Shown here: positions 17,776-27,588 of the stretch, piece after piece | Layout: the number at the start of each line of letters is the position of its first letter | Numbering within the stretch: the stretch's first letter is position 1 | Source of the DNA: a virus | Taxonomy: Duplodnaviria; Caudoviricetes | Reading direction: 5' to 3' (one strand) | Virus record (IMG/VR): IMGVR_UViG_3300032334_001433 | Span: 64,001 to 128,000 of that record | DNA: 64,000 bases | Made by a program: the position numbers and the translations under genes | Notes under the pieces: model-generated | Database searches by the model: none | What the model saw: the letters and a program-made list of their open reading frames with translations, nothing else | What the model was told of the DNA's origin: nothing

Positions 17776-17833
17776 AAAGGTATTATTTATAATAAAATGC
17801 ATCTAGAAAAACGAATTCTTAATAAATATTAAA

Positions 17834-18235
17834 ATGGCCACCATTAATAAAGTCGTTAGACGATTTACGGACCTAAATCTGATTTTTAATCCGCATCCGT
17901 ATACAAAAGACATTCTAGTTCTAAAAAACATAGATGCCGTCAAAACGTCTATACAAAATCTGTTATTAACAAAGAATTATGAACGACCATTTCATCCCGA
18001 AATAGGTAGCCAAGTTAGTAATTTATTGTTTGAAAATGCAGGACCTAGTACTACATCTGCATTGCAAAAATCTATAAAAGATACGATTTCAAAGTTTGAA
18101 CCAAGAGCAACTGTAACTAATGTAAATATTGTAGATAATTACGATAGCAATGAAGTTGGTATAGAGATATCTTTTACTATTAATAATGTTTCAGATCCAG
18201 TAACAGTAACAACAACACTTAATAGAGTAAGATAA
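17834..18235 (+). CDS. gp25: gp25 baseplate wedge subunit
   Basis: FTDLNL, NLLLT..YERPFHPEIGS and FEPRA motifs. Confidence 0.92.
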   Translation: MATINKVVRRFTDLNLIFNPHPYTKDILVLKNIDAVKTSIQNLLLTKNYERPFHPEIGSQVSNLLFENAGPSTTSALQKSIKDTISKFEPRATVTNVNIVDNYDSNEVGIEISFTINNVSDPVTVTTTLNRVR

Positions 18236-20100
18236 TGGCAAATTTAAGAATCGCAGAGTTAGATTTTGATACAATAAAAACAAATCTAAAAGAATTTTTA
18301 AAGAACTATACTGCAGATGACGGGGCACCATACTTTACAGATTTTGATTTTGAGGGATCTGGGCTATCAATTTTATTAGATCTATTATCGTACAACACTC
18401 ACTATAATGCATATTTGGCCAGTATGGTTATTAATGATATGTTTTTGGATTCTGCAGTAAAAAGATCGTCTGCAGTATCGATTGCAAAACATTTGGGTTA
18501 TACTCCCGTCTCTGCCCGAGGCGCAAGAGCAATGTTAACATTTGATGTAAGCGCCCCAACAAATTCTCCGAATTTTTTAACTTTAGAAAAATATACTCCG
18601 TTTACCACAACAATTGATAATGCAACATTAACATTTGTCAATCTTAAATCCGTAACAATACAACCAAAAGCTGGAACATATACTTTTACAGATGTTGAAT
18701 TAGTTGAGGGAATACCAATTCAGTATACTTATACGGTTGATGTTCCGGGTCCTGCAGAAAAATATATCATTCCAAATGATGATATTGATACGTCAACAAT
18801 ACAAGTAATTGTTCAAAATTCATTTACAGATACTACACAATCAATTTATACACTTGCAGAAGATACTTTAGATGTAACAGATACTTCTAAAGTTTTCTTT
18901 CTTGAAGAAACTGCAATTGGAAGATATCAAATATACTTTGGCGACGGAGTGGTCGGTAAAAAATTAACTAGAAATAATTTAGTTATTATTAATTATCTAA
19001 TTACTAGCGGAACTGCAGGAAACGTTGCAGGAACGATTGCACAATCTTTTACGTGCGCTACAACTATTGGCGGCGGTTCAGTATTAGGCGCTGTTACTGC
19101 TACTACAAATTCTAGAGGCGGCAAATCAAAAGAAAGTATTGAGAGTATAAAATTTAGGGCTCCAAAATTTTCAGCATCGCAAAATAGAGCAGTTACCGAT
19201 GCAGATTATAAAGCATTAATAGAAAAAGATTTTCCTTTAGTAGAATCTATTGCAGTATGGGGTGGCGAAAATAATGATCCTCCAAAATATGGAAAAGTTA
19301 TTATCTCATTAAAACCATATGATGGATATGTGGTAAATCAAGATACAAGAAATAATATTTCAAAAGTAATATTACAAAGTAAACAAGTATTAGGGATTGC
19401 CCCGGAATTTATTGATCCTGAATATTTTTATGTAAATTTATCAATTAATGTTAAATATGATTCTGCAAAAAGTACTTTATCTGCTACAGAAATTAATAAT
19501 TTCGTTATAACAGAAGTTAATAATTATTTCTATAATAATTTACAACAATTTGATAAAGATTTTGTATTCTCAAAATTATCAAAAAATATTGACAGTATAG
19601 ATGATAATATTATCGGAAATTTAATGACAGTTAAATTGCAAAGAAGAATTGAACCTGTCGCAAATTCTAATAACAACTATATAAGCGACAATGTTATAAC
19701 TTTTAAAAATGGATTAAAACCCGGAACATTAACTAGTACAAATTTTATAGTTTCGTATCAAGGAATTTCTAAAAATGCAACATTAAATGATTTTCCGGAT
19801 GATACGTTTCCTAATAATTTAGGAAAAGGGACAATTAAACTAATGGATGCAGATACTGGCGTAGTTTTAAATGATAACTATGGTAGTATTGATTATGGTA
19901 CGGGCATATTAACAATTTATAATTTACAATATACTGGATATGTTTCCGATCTTATAGACATAAGAATAAATGCAGAAGTACAAGATTCATATCTTGATAT
20001 CAATGTTAGTAGAAATCAAATTTTATTATTAGATGATAGTACATTAAATAGTAATGGTAATAGAGTACCGGGACTTACAGTTAATGTAATTGCAGTATGA
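18235..20100 (+). CDS. gp6: gp6 baseplate wedge subunit
   Basis: ELDFDTIK, TDFDFEGSGL, YFGDGVVGK and QNRAVTDADY motifs. Confidence 0.92.
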   Translation: MANLRIAELDFDTIKTNLKEFLKNYTADDGAPYFTDFDFEGSGLSILLDLLSYNTHYNAYLASMVINDMFLDSAVKRSSAVSIAKHLGYTPVSARGARAMLTFDVSAPTNSPNFLTLEKYTPFTTTIDNATLTFVNLKSVTIQPKAGTYTFTDVELVEGIPIQYTYTVDVPGPAEKYIIPNDDIDTSTIQVIVQNSFTDTTQSIYTLAEDTLDVTDTSKVFFLEETAIGRYQIYFGDGVVGKKLTRNNLVIINYLITSGTAGNVAGTIAQSFTCATTIGGGSVLGAVTATTNSRGGKSKESIESIKFRAPKFSASQNRAVTDADYKALIEKDFPLVESIAVWGGENNDPPKYGKVIISLKPYDGYVVNQDTRNNISKVILQSKQVLGIAPEFIDPEYFYVNLSINVKYDSAKSTLSATEINNFVITEVNNYFYNNLQQFDKDFVFSKLSKNIDSIDDNIIGNLMTVKLQRRIEPVANSNNNYISDNVITFKNGLKPGTLTSTNFIVSYQGISKNATLNDFPDDTFPNNLGKGTIKLMDADTGVVLNDNYGSIDYGTGILTIYNLQYTGYVSDLIDIRINAEVQDSYLDINVSRNQILLLDDSTLNSNGNRVPGLTVNVIAV

Positions 20101-21872
20101 GTAGAATAAAAGAAAAATTATCTTCGATATTTGCAGCACAAATACCCGAGTTTATTCGGGTAGGAGAATCAGTTGCTGAGAATAGACAAGTAATATCTGT
20201 AGATTCTACAAAACATCCTAAGATTGTAAATGTTCGATCTACTTTAGATATTGTTGCAGGGGATAAGTTAATATATCCTGCAATTACAAATACAGTTTTC
20301 GTAACTAAAATATTATCTTCGTCTTCTGTAGAAGTTAGTGATAATATAAATGTAACATTAAGTAATGTTTCTGCAAAATTTGTAAGAACAGATACTACTT
20401 CGAATTTTGTAAAATTTTTAGAAGCATATTACAAATTTTTAGAACAAGATCAGCATCCTCAAGAGTTATTACAAAATTCAAGATTATATGCAGATATTGA
20501 TTATACTATTGATTCATTAATTGAAAACTTTTTTGTAAATTATGGCAATGATTTGCCAAGAAATATCGTTGCAGATAAAAGAACTTTTGTCAAACATTTT
20601 AAAGATATCTATAAAACAAAAGGTACAGAAGAAGCATATAAATTATTATTCAGAGTATTATTTAATACAGGAGCTACATTTAAATATCCTAAAGATGTTA
20701 TATTGAAAGCATCCGATGGTATTTGGATTAAAGATTATACTATTAGAGTAATTGCTAGTTCTACAGGAAATCCTTTTGATTTAATTAATACAAAAATTGT
20801 AGGACAAACATCTGGAGCAACTGCGGTTGTAGAAAACGTATTAAAATTAAGAATAAAAAATACCGATATCTATGAATTATATTTGTCAAAAATTAAAGGT
20901 ACTTTTGTTAAAGAAAATATTGTTTCTAGAAAACTAATTACTGCGCCAAACGTATATTCTACAATACAAGTTACTTCTATTCCTATATTAACTAAAATAG
21001 ATGTTATAGAAGGTGCGGTAGGATACAATGCAAATAGTAATATAATTATATCGGGCGTTTACGCAAAAATTACCGAATTAACTAGTACTGGCAAGATTAA
21101 AAATATAACAATTGTAGAACCTTCAATTTATATTAATACTCCGTTAGTTACATATAATGTTGGCAGTGTTATAAGTTCTGAAATAGATTATCCTGCAACA
21201 TATATTACTGGTAATATTACAATTTCTCAAAATATTGGTACTTTCACTTCGGATAATTCTCATGGATTGATAAAAGGAAAATTTGCAAATATTATTGGAT
21301 ATGGAAATACTTCTAGTTATTTAAATAATTGTGAAAACACAATTTCAATTTCAACAGTTCTTGACGATAAAAGATTTAGATTTGCAATATCTCCAGGATC
21401 AAATAATACAAGTTTATCTGCAATATTAAAATATACAGAAAAAGCAGTTATATCTCCAAAATTAGGAATTGTTAAAGAATCTTCGGGATATTGGTCTACA
21501 AATAGAGGCAAACTGTCTGAACTAAATTATATTCAAGGACCTTCTCCAAATAGTCCAGATAAAAATAAAATATATTATCAACCATATTCTTATGTTGTAC
21601 AAAGCGACGTTACTGTTGATAATTGGAAAAATATTGCATCCGCCACAGTTCATCCTGCAGGAACAGAAGTTTTTGGCGAGATATTAATTAATAATAATAT
21701 ATCAGGCAATCTAGAAACTTCTGGAAATGCGGAAATTTGGGATTATTTTAGTTTGACTACTGATAGTAATCTATACCCATTTTACGCTGATATGACAACA
21801 TATACAAATAGCAGAGTTACTAATTTATCAGTAACTACAGATGCAATATATTCTATACTTGGATATCTGTAA
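20097..21872 (+). CDS. gp7: gp7-like baseplate wedge initiator
   Basis: FVKFLEAYY, KGTEEAYKLLFRVLF, YYQPYSYVVQS and VHPAG; lies between gp6 and gp8. Confidence 0.7.
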   Translation: MSRIKEKLSSIFAAQIPEFIRVGESVAENRQVISVDSTKHPKIVNVRSTLDIVAGDKLIYPAITNTVFVTKILSSSSVEVSDNINVTLSNVSAKFVRTDTTSNFVKFLEAYYKFLEQDQHPQELLQNSRLYADIDYTIDSLIENFFVNYGNDLPRNIVADKRTFVKHFKDIYKTKGTEEAYKLLFRVLFNTGATFKYPKDVILKASDGIWIKDYTIRVIASSTGNPFDLINTKIVGQTSGATAVVENVLKLRIKNTDIYELYLSKIKGTFVKENIVSRKLITAPNVYSTIQVTSIPILTKIDVIEGAVGYNANSNIIISGVYAKITELTSTGKIKNITIVEPSIYINTPLVTYNVGSVISSEIDYPATYITGNITISQNIGTFTSDNSHGLIKGKFANIIGYGNTSSYLNNCENTISISTVLDDKRFRFAISPGSNNTSLSAILKYTEKAVISPKLGIVKESSGYWSTNRGKLSELNYIQGPSPNSPDKNKIYYQPYSYVVQSDVTVDNWKNIASATVHPAGTEVFGEILINNNISGNLETSGNAEIWDYFSLTTDSNLYPFYADMTTYTNSRVTNLSVTTDAIYSILGYL

Positions 21873-21902
21873 TAAATAATAAATTAGATGGAATAAAAAC
21901 TA

Positions 21903-23234
21903 ATGTCTCAAATTATTACAAACAATTTTAAACTATATAATGCGGCAACCTTTGTAGATGGCACTTCTGGCAGCGATACGTTATATCTTTCTGTAGGTAG
22001 ACCTCAAAGATGGGTAAATGAAAATTCTCCGCCAACTCCTACAAATACACAATATCAAGATGTTGTTTATTCTTCAGAAAATATTGCATTAAAACGAATA
22101 GTATCTGCAGATGTAAAACAAGTTGTCAAAAGATATGATTGGTCTCCGGGAGTAGTTTATTCTCAATATGATAATGCAAATAATAATTTATTTAATTCTA
22201 ATTTTTATGTATTAACATTGCCAGAATATAACGTATATAAATGTATTTCAAATAATAATGGAGCCACATCAACAGATAAACCTAGTGGCAAATCAACTTC
22301 AATAGTTACAACTGCGGACGGATATCGTTGGAAATATTTGTATTCTTTAACGGATACAGATTTATTAAAATTTTTAACAAACGATTTTATGGCGGTCAAT
22401 AATAATGCCGATGTGACCGCAACTGCTATTCCTGGAACAATTGATAGTATAGTAATAGAAAATCCGGGAACAGGATATTCAAATTCTATAGTTGGATCTA
22501 CTATAGTTGCATCTATATTGGGCAATGGAACAGGAGCTAGTATAGGGAATGTAAATTCCTCATCAGTTGGGGGATTAAATTTAATACAAATATTAGACAC
22601 GGGAACCAATTATACTTATGCAAATGTTGTTCTATCAAGTACAAATGGTGCGAATGCAGTTACTAGACCGATTATAAGTCCATTGCGTGGCCACGGATAT
22701 GATAATAAAGAAGAATTGGGCGGTTATTATGTAATGATAAATACAAGGTTAGATTATGCAGAAGGCGGAGGAGATTTTCCAATTGTCAATGATTACAGAA
22801 GAATTGCAGTAATAAAAAATCCAGTTTCAAATACAACTAATTCGGTTGCAACAGAATTAACCATGGATGCAACATATACGTTAAAATTAACAAGTGTTAC
22901 CGGAACATTTGTATTAGATGAAATAATAACAGGTTCAAATTCATCAATAACTAATACTAAAGGTTTTATTATATCTGCAAATGCAAATGTAATAACAGGC
23001 AATACAATAATAAAATATATTGTTCCTATTGATTATAAATTAAATCAAAATGCCAGATTTTTATTAGGTGAGACCATAACAGGCAATACATCTTTGGCAA
23101 CTGGTATTGTATCTTCTATAATTTTGCCCGAAGTAAAAGAAAATACAGGCAAAGTATTATACGTTGAAAATCGTAAAAAAATAACAAGAAGTTCTGACCA
23201 AGCAGAAAATATTCACATAGTTATAGAGTTCTAA
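21903..23234 (+). CDS. gp8: gp8 baseplate wedge subunit
   Basis: YNVYKCISNNNG, DGYRWKYLY and YVENRKKITRSSDQAENIHIVIEF motifs. Confidence 0.88.
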   Translation: MSQIITNNFKLYNAATFVDGTSGSDTLYLSVGRPQRWVNENSPPTPTNTQYQDVVYSSENIALKRIVSADVKQVVKRYDWSPGVVYSQYDNANNNLFNSNFYVLTLPEYNVYKCISNNNGATSTDKPSGKSTSIVTTADGYRWKYLYSLTDTDLLKFLTNDFMAVNNNADVTATAIPGTIDSIVIENPGTGYSNSIVGSTIVASILGNGTGASIGNVNSSSVGGLNLIQILDTGTNYTYANVVLSSTNGANAVTRPIISPLRGHGYDNKEELGGYYVMINTRLDYAEGGGDFPIVNDYRRIAVIKNPVSNTTNSVATELTMDATYTLKLTSVTGTFVLDEIITGSNSSITNTKGFIISANANVITGNTIIKYIVPIDYKLNQNARFLLGETITGNTSLATGIVSSIILPEVKENTGKVLYVENRKKITRSSDQAENIHIVIEF

Positions 23235-23248
23235 TTGTAGGATAAAAA

Positions 23249-26200
23249 ATGGATATAAATTTACAAGCCGCACCGTACTATGATGATTTTGATAGTACAA
23301 AGAATTTTTACAGAATACTGTTTAAACCAGGCACACCAGTTCAGGCAAGAGAACTTACTCAATTACAATCTATCCTACAAGATCAGATAAAAAAATTCGC
23401 AAATCACATTTTTGTTGATGGTAGCCGAGCATTAAAAGACAATCCGGTATCTGTTACAATTAATCAAAACGTAAAATCTGTTAAATTGCAACCTAGCGCA
23501 ATTCTTGTAGAGTCTGCAACATATTTAAATAAGTATGTTACTAGTGGATCTAGTACTTTAATAGGTAAAGTTAATTTTGTATATGATGCAGACAATCCTA
23601 ATTTAGGCGACCCGCAAACATTAATTATTAATATTGTTACGCCCAATGACAGTACAAATGAATTCTTGCCAAATGATACTTTATATTTTTATGATACCCA
23701 CGCAGATGCATTTGCGAAGAAAGCAACAACAATAACTGGAACAACTGCTGCAGATGTCACTATTACTGCAGTTGCATCTACGGATTCTTTATCAGATGAG
23801 ATTATAATTTCTTCAAAGACAGGTACAATTGCTTTAGGAGATTATGTTACAGGTGTTACCGGAATTCCTCCAGATTTATACGTAGTAAAAATAATTTCTG
23901 ATACTAGAATACTATTGAATAAGAATTTTGGAGTTACTGATAATTCTGCAAATTTGACATTCATAAGAAAAAATACTTCGCCATCATTAATTTTAGGTAT
24001 TAGTAGTGGCGCATACTATAAGAATGGGTTCTTTATACAAGTCCCCTATCAATCTATTGTAGTACAAAAATATACAGCATTTCCACACAAATCTGTAATT
24101 TTAAAATATCAAGAAACAGTCATTAATTATAATGACGATACTTCATTACTAGATCCTGCATTTGGTAGTTCAAATTATTTAGGACCTGGTGCAGATAGGT
24201 TAAAAATAGAATTAGTAATTGATAGCATTGATCTAGATAGCAATGATAAACCAAATTATGTTGGCAATTATATTGAAATTGCTAGATTTGTAAATGGTAA
24301 GATAGATTTAATTGAATCATCTGTTGATAGTACATATGCTACACTTGGAACAATTCTTGCAGAAAGAACATATGCCGAATCTGGAAATTATATTGTAGAT
24401 CCATTTTCTTTATCTCCGTCGGGGTCAACCTCAGATGCATTAGGAAATAAATTTTACATATCAAAAGGTAGAGCATTTGTTGGCGGGTATGATATTTCAA
24501 CTACGGATAGAACAGAACTAATAGTTCCAAAATCAAAGGAATATGTTACAACTGAAAGTGTGACAATTAATACTCCTGCCGGTCCTTATATTTTAATTGA
24601 TGCTCCAAATTTTGGATTGCCTTCAGAACAAACTCTTTCACAATATAATTGGTTTGAATGTCATTCAACTACCGATAGAAATGCAATGCTTGGAGGAAAC
24701 TATGGTGCAAATTCAACACTTGTAGGATATATTGCTTTTTCGCATATGCAGTATGATAGCGGATATAGAGATTCTGCATCTTTTAAATTCTATTGGGATT
24801 TTTATACACACTGGTCGCAATCAAAACAACCAGGAGATATTCGATCAATAGTTGGTAATAGAAATTGGTTCTCGGATCCTGCAGGAAATAAAGGTAGTAA
24901 TACAAATCCTACATTTTTTGCCAATGTTAGCGTAACTAAAGGATTTGAATCAAATGGAGCTGGCGGAAAACAATTAAAAATATTTGATTCAACAAAAGTT
25001 GGTAGATTAGTGTTTCCAACAGGATCTTCTTATATAAAAGATGTAAGAAGAAACAATACAACTTATACTAAAACATATAGTGGCGTAACTATTGCTGCAG
25101 GTGTAGCTACTATAACAACAAATTCTCCAAATAGATTTGTTGGATATAGTGGAGAATTGTCTTCCTCAATTAAAAGACAATATTATATGTCTATAATTAA
25201 ACAGCCTACAGGTATTGATGGTCAATACATCTATGGTTATGGCAATACCGATCCATGGAAGGTCTCATCCAACGTATTTGTTCCTTTAGAATCTGTAGTG
25301 ATGACACTCGATAGTACAGGAACTTCCCTAACAATTAATTTTGGAAATACATATATTAATTCGAGCATGGATGTAAATGCCACTATTTACAATGATATAT
25401 TAACAAGAAAAACAAAGACTTTAGTATCAAACTATACAAGACAATCAAATATTTGGACTTCGGACCAATCATATTCTTTGTTCAAATCTGACGTATATGC
25501 ACTTAAAGGTGTTTATAAGATAGGTAGTAATACTTTTGCGGGAGATTACAATTCTTCGACAACATATACTACAAATTCTATGGTACAAGATTCTGGTTTA
25601 ATATATCAGGCAAAAGTATCAAGTAGCGGTGCAGCATTAACAGATTCTACAAAATGGACTAAGGTACCCGGAGAGTCCTTATTACTATATACTTTAGATA
25701 ATGGGCAATCTGATTTATTTTATAATCATGGGTCAATAAAATTCATAGGCAATCAATCTAAAGTACCAGGAAAAACTGTTGTAGTATTTGATTATTTTAC
25801 ACATTCTGGTTCGGGATATTTTGATGCAGTATCATATCCTGTAAATATGTATGATAGAATACCAAAATTTAAATCTCCTAAAGATGGAAGAGAATTTGAT
25901 TTGCGAGATTGTTTAGATTATAGATCTCGCAGACAAGATGATACAGGATATTTTAATCCTGGAGTATTTGAAAGCCAACAATTATCTGATATTTTCTTAT
26001 TTGATGATTGGTACAAACCAGTAATAGATACTGCAACGGGCACACAAGCAGATCTTGATTTTTATACAAGCAGAATTGATAGATTATATGTACAGAATAG
26101 AGACGCAAACACATCTGTAAATAGTAAATTCTATCTTGATAAAGGATTGCCTGCAATAAATCCTAAACCAAATCAGGATAAAACAGATAAAAACTTGCAA

Positions 26201-26875
26201 TTAATTGCAACTTTGGTAAATCCTCCATATACTGCAAGTGCAAGTGATGTAAAAATTATCTATAATAGTTCTCCTAGATATACAATGAAGGATATATCTT
26301 TGATAGATAATAAATTGCAGGATTTAGAAAAAAGAGTAAAGAAACAAGGTATTGAGATTTATGCACTAAACAATGCAGTTTTTGATAGAGCAGGAACTTC
26401 GGGAAATGTGCTATTTAAGACAGGAATTTTAATAGAAGATTTTTCTAGTTTAAATGTTGCAGATATTACAAATCCGCATCATACAGTTGCAATAGATACT
26501 GTTAAACATGAATGTCGACCTTCTTTCTCCGCAGATTGGCATAATTTATTCTTTGTATCCGACCCAGATGTAAGTATGAAGGACAATTTTGTTACTATGA
26601 ATTATACTGAGGAAGCATATGTTGATGTTTCGTCCACAACTACTTCAGCAAATACATATTTTAAAGTAAATCCTACAGGAATAGTTACCGATTCGGGAAG
26701 AGGTTCGTCTTTCAATGGTTGGTCTGTTGCAGCGGCCGCGGCAATTGGTTGGTTTGTTGCACCAGAACTGGCAATTGCTGCAGCAGTAGGTGCGGTTGTG
26801 GGAGGAGCAATTGAAGTGGTTACCGGAGTGGTAAATAAAATTGGCGACGCAATTGCGAGTATTTTTCACTGGTAA
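23249..26875 (+). CDS. Large virion structural protein, DUF4815/VrlC-like N-terminal part
   Basis: PYYDDFD..KNFYRILFKPG.PVQARELTQLQSILQ, PGADRLKI and FKTGILIEDFS motifs. Confidence 0.75.
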   Translation: MDINLQAAPYYDDFDSTKNFYRILFKPGTPVQARELTQLQSILQDQIKKFANHIFVDGSRALKDNPVSVTINQNVKSVKLQPSAILVESATYLNKYVTSGSSTLIGKVNFVYDADNPNLGDPQTLIINIVTPNDSTNEFLPNDTLYFYDTHADAFAKKATTITGTTAADVTITAVASTDSLSDEIIISSKTGTIALGDYVTGVTGIPPDLYVVKIISDTRILLNKNFGVTDNSANLTFIRKNTSPSLILGISSGAYYKNGFFIQVPYQSIVVQKYTAFPHKSVILKYQETVINYNDDTSLLDPAFGSSNYLGPGADRLKIELVIDSIDLDSNDKPNYVGNYIEIARFVNGKIDLIESSVDSTYATLGTILAERTYAESGNYIVDPFSLSPSGSTSDALGNKFYISKGRAFVGGYDISTTDRTELIVPKSKEYVTTESVTINTPAGPYILIDAPNFGLPSEQTLSQYNWFECHSTTDRNAMLGGNYGANSTLVGYIAFSHMQYDSGYRDSASFKFYWDFYTHWSQSKQPGDIRSIVGNRNWFSDPAGNKGSNTNPTFFANVSVTKGFESNGAGGKQLKIFDSTKVGRLVFPTGSSYIKDVRRNNTTYTKTYSGVTIAAGVATITTNSPNRFVGYSGELSSSIKRQYYMSIIKQPTGIDGQYIYGYGNTDPWKVSSNVFVPLESVVMTLDSTGTSLTINFGNTYINSSMDVNATIYNDILTRKTKTLVSNYTRQSNIWTSDQSYSLFKSDVYALKGVYKIGSNTFAGDYNSSTTYTTNSMVQDSGLIYQAKVSSSGAALTDSTKWTKVPGESLLLYTLDNGQSDLFYNHGSIKFIGNQSKVPGKTVVVFDYFTHSGSGYFDAVSYPVNMYDRIPKFKSPKDGREFDLRDCLDYRSRRQDDTGYFNPGVFESQQLSDIFLFDDWYKPVIDTATGTQADLDFYTSRIDRLYVQNRDANTSVNSKFYLDKGLPAINPKPNQDKTDKNLQLIATLVNPPYTASASDVKIIYNSSPRYTMKDISLIDNKLQDLEKRVKKQGIEIYALNNAVFDRAGTSGNVLFKTGILIEDFSSLNVADITNPHHTVAIDTVKHECRPSFSADWHNLFFVSDPDVSMKDNFVTMNYTEEAYVDVSSTTTSANTYFKVNPTGIVTDSGRGSSFNGWSVAAAAAIGWFVAPELAIAAAVGAVVGGAIEVVTGVVNKIGDAIASIFHW

Positions 26876-26892
26876 ATAACTAAAGGCAAAAA

Positions 26893-27576
26893 ATGGATAC
26901 TACTCAAATATCAGATTATACTAATATTCTCAATGCGGCAATGTCGCAAACTTCAACGCCGGTACAATTAGATAATTTAAAAATAGACGGTGTAAGACAA
27001 GGTGCTGTGGATTTCTTTGGCAATGTTCTGTATGATTTATATACAAATTTACATGGAAATGCAAATAGTACCTCATTTTTAAATGTTGTAAATAAATTTA
27101 ATGACATTGTCCATGCAGATAATTTAAGAACTCTTGGCATGGATAGTACTGATACTATAAAATATCAAAGTTTAAGTACCTTGAATAAAAAACAAGGGAT
27201 TTATGTAGATTTAACTCAAGTACAAACCGCAACAGGAGTTGTTCCTACTAATATTAATTCTGCAAATGGAATTTTTATAAAATCATTTGAACCAATATTA
27301 TACGAAAAAGTTTTTACTTCAAATAATTATACATCAAATTCTATTTTAGTTACAAATTTTATTAATACTACTTTGAATACAAATAACACGTATTCAAATG
27401 CAGGAGTAACCACTGCATTGCAATACGCAATAAACAATGGTTATACCTCTAATTGGTCTACTTTAAATTCTGCAAGTTTTGATACATCTTCTATTTCTAA
27501 GGAAATACAGAATTCTGCAGAAGTACATGATTCAATTACAAAATCAAAATTTTTAGAAAATAATTTCTTAGCATAA
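26893..27576 (+). CDS. Hypothetical virion protein (N/T/S-rich)
   Basis: 227-aa ORF between DUF4815-like segments. Confidence 0.6.
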   Translation: MDTTQISDYTNILNAAMSQTSTPVQLDNLKIDGVRQGAVDFFGNVLYDLYTNLHGNANSTSFLNVVNKFNDIVHADNLRTLGMDSTDTIKYQSLSTLNKKQGIYVDLTQVQTATGVVPTNINSANGIFIKSFEPILYEKVFTSNNYTSNSILVTNFINTTLNTNNTYSNAGVTTALQYAINNGYTSNWSTLNSASFDTSSISKEIQNSAEVHDSITKSKFLENNFLA

Positions 27577-27588
27577 CGGACAAATATA

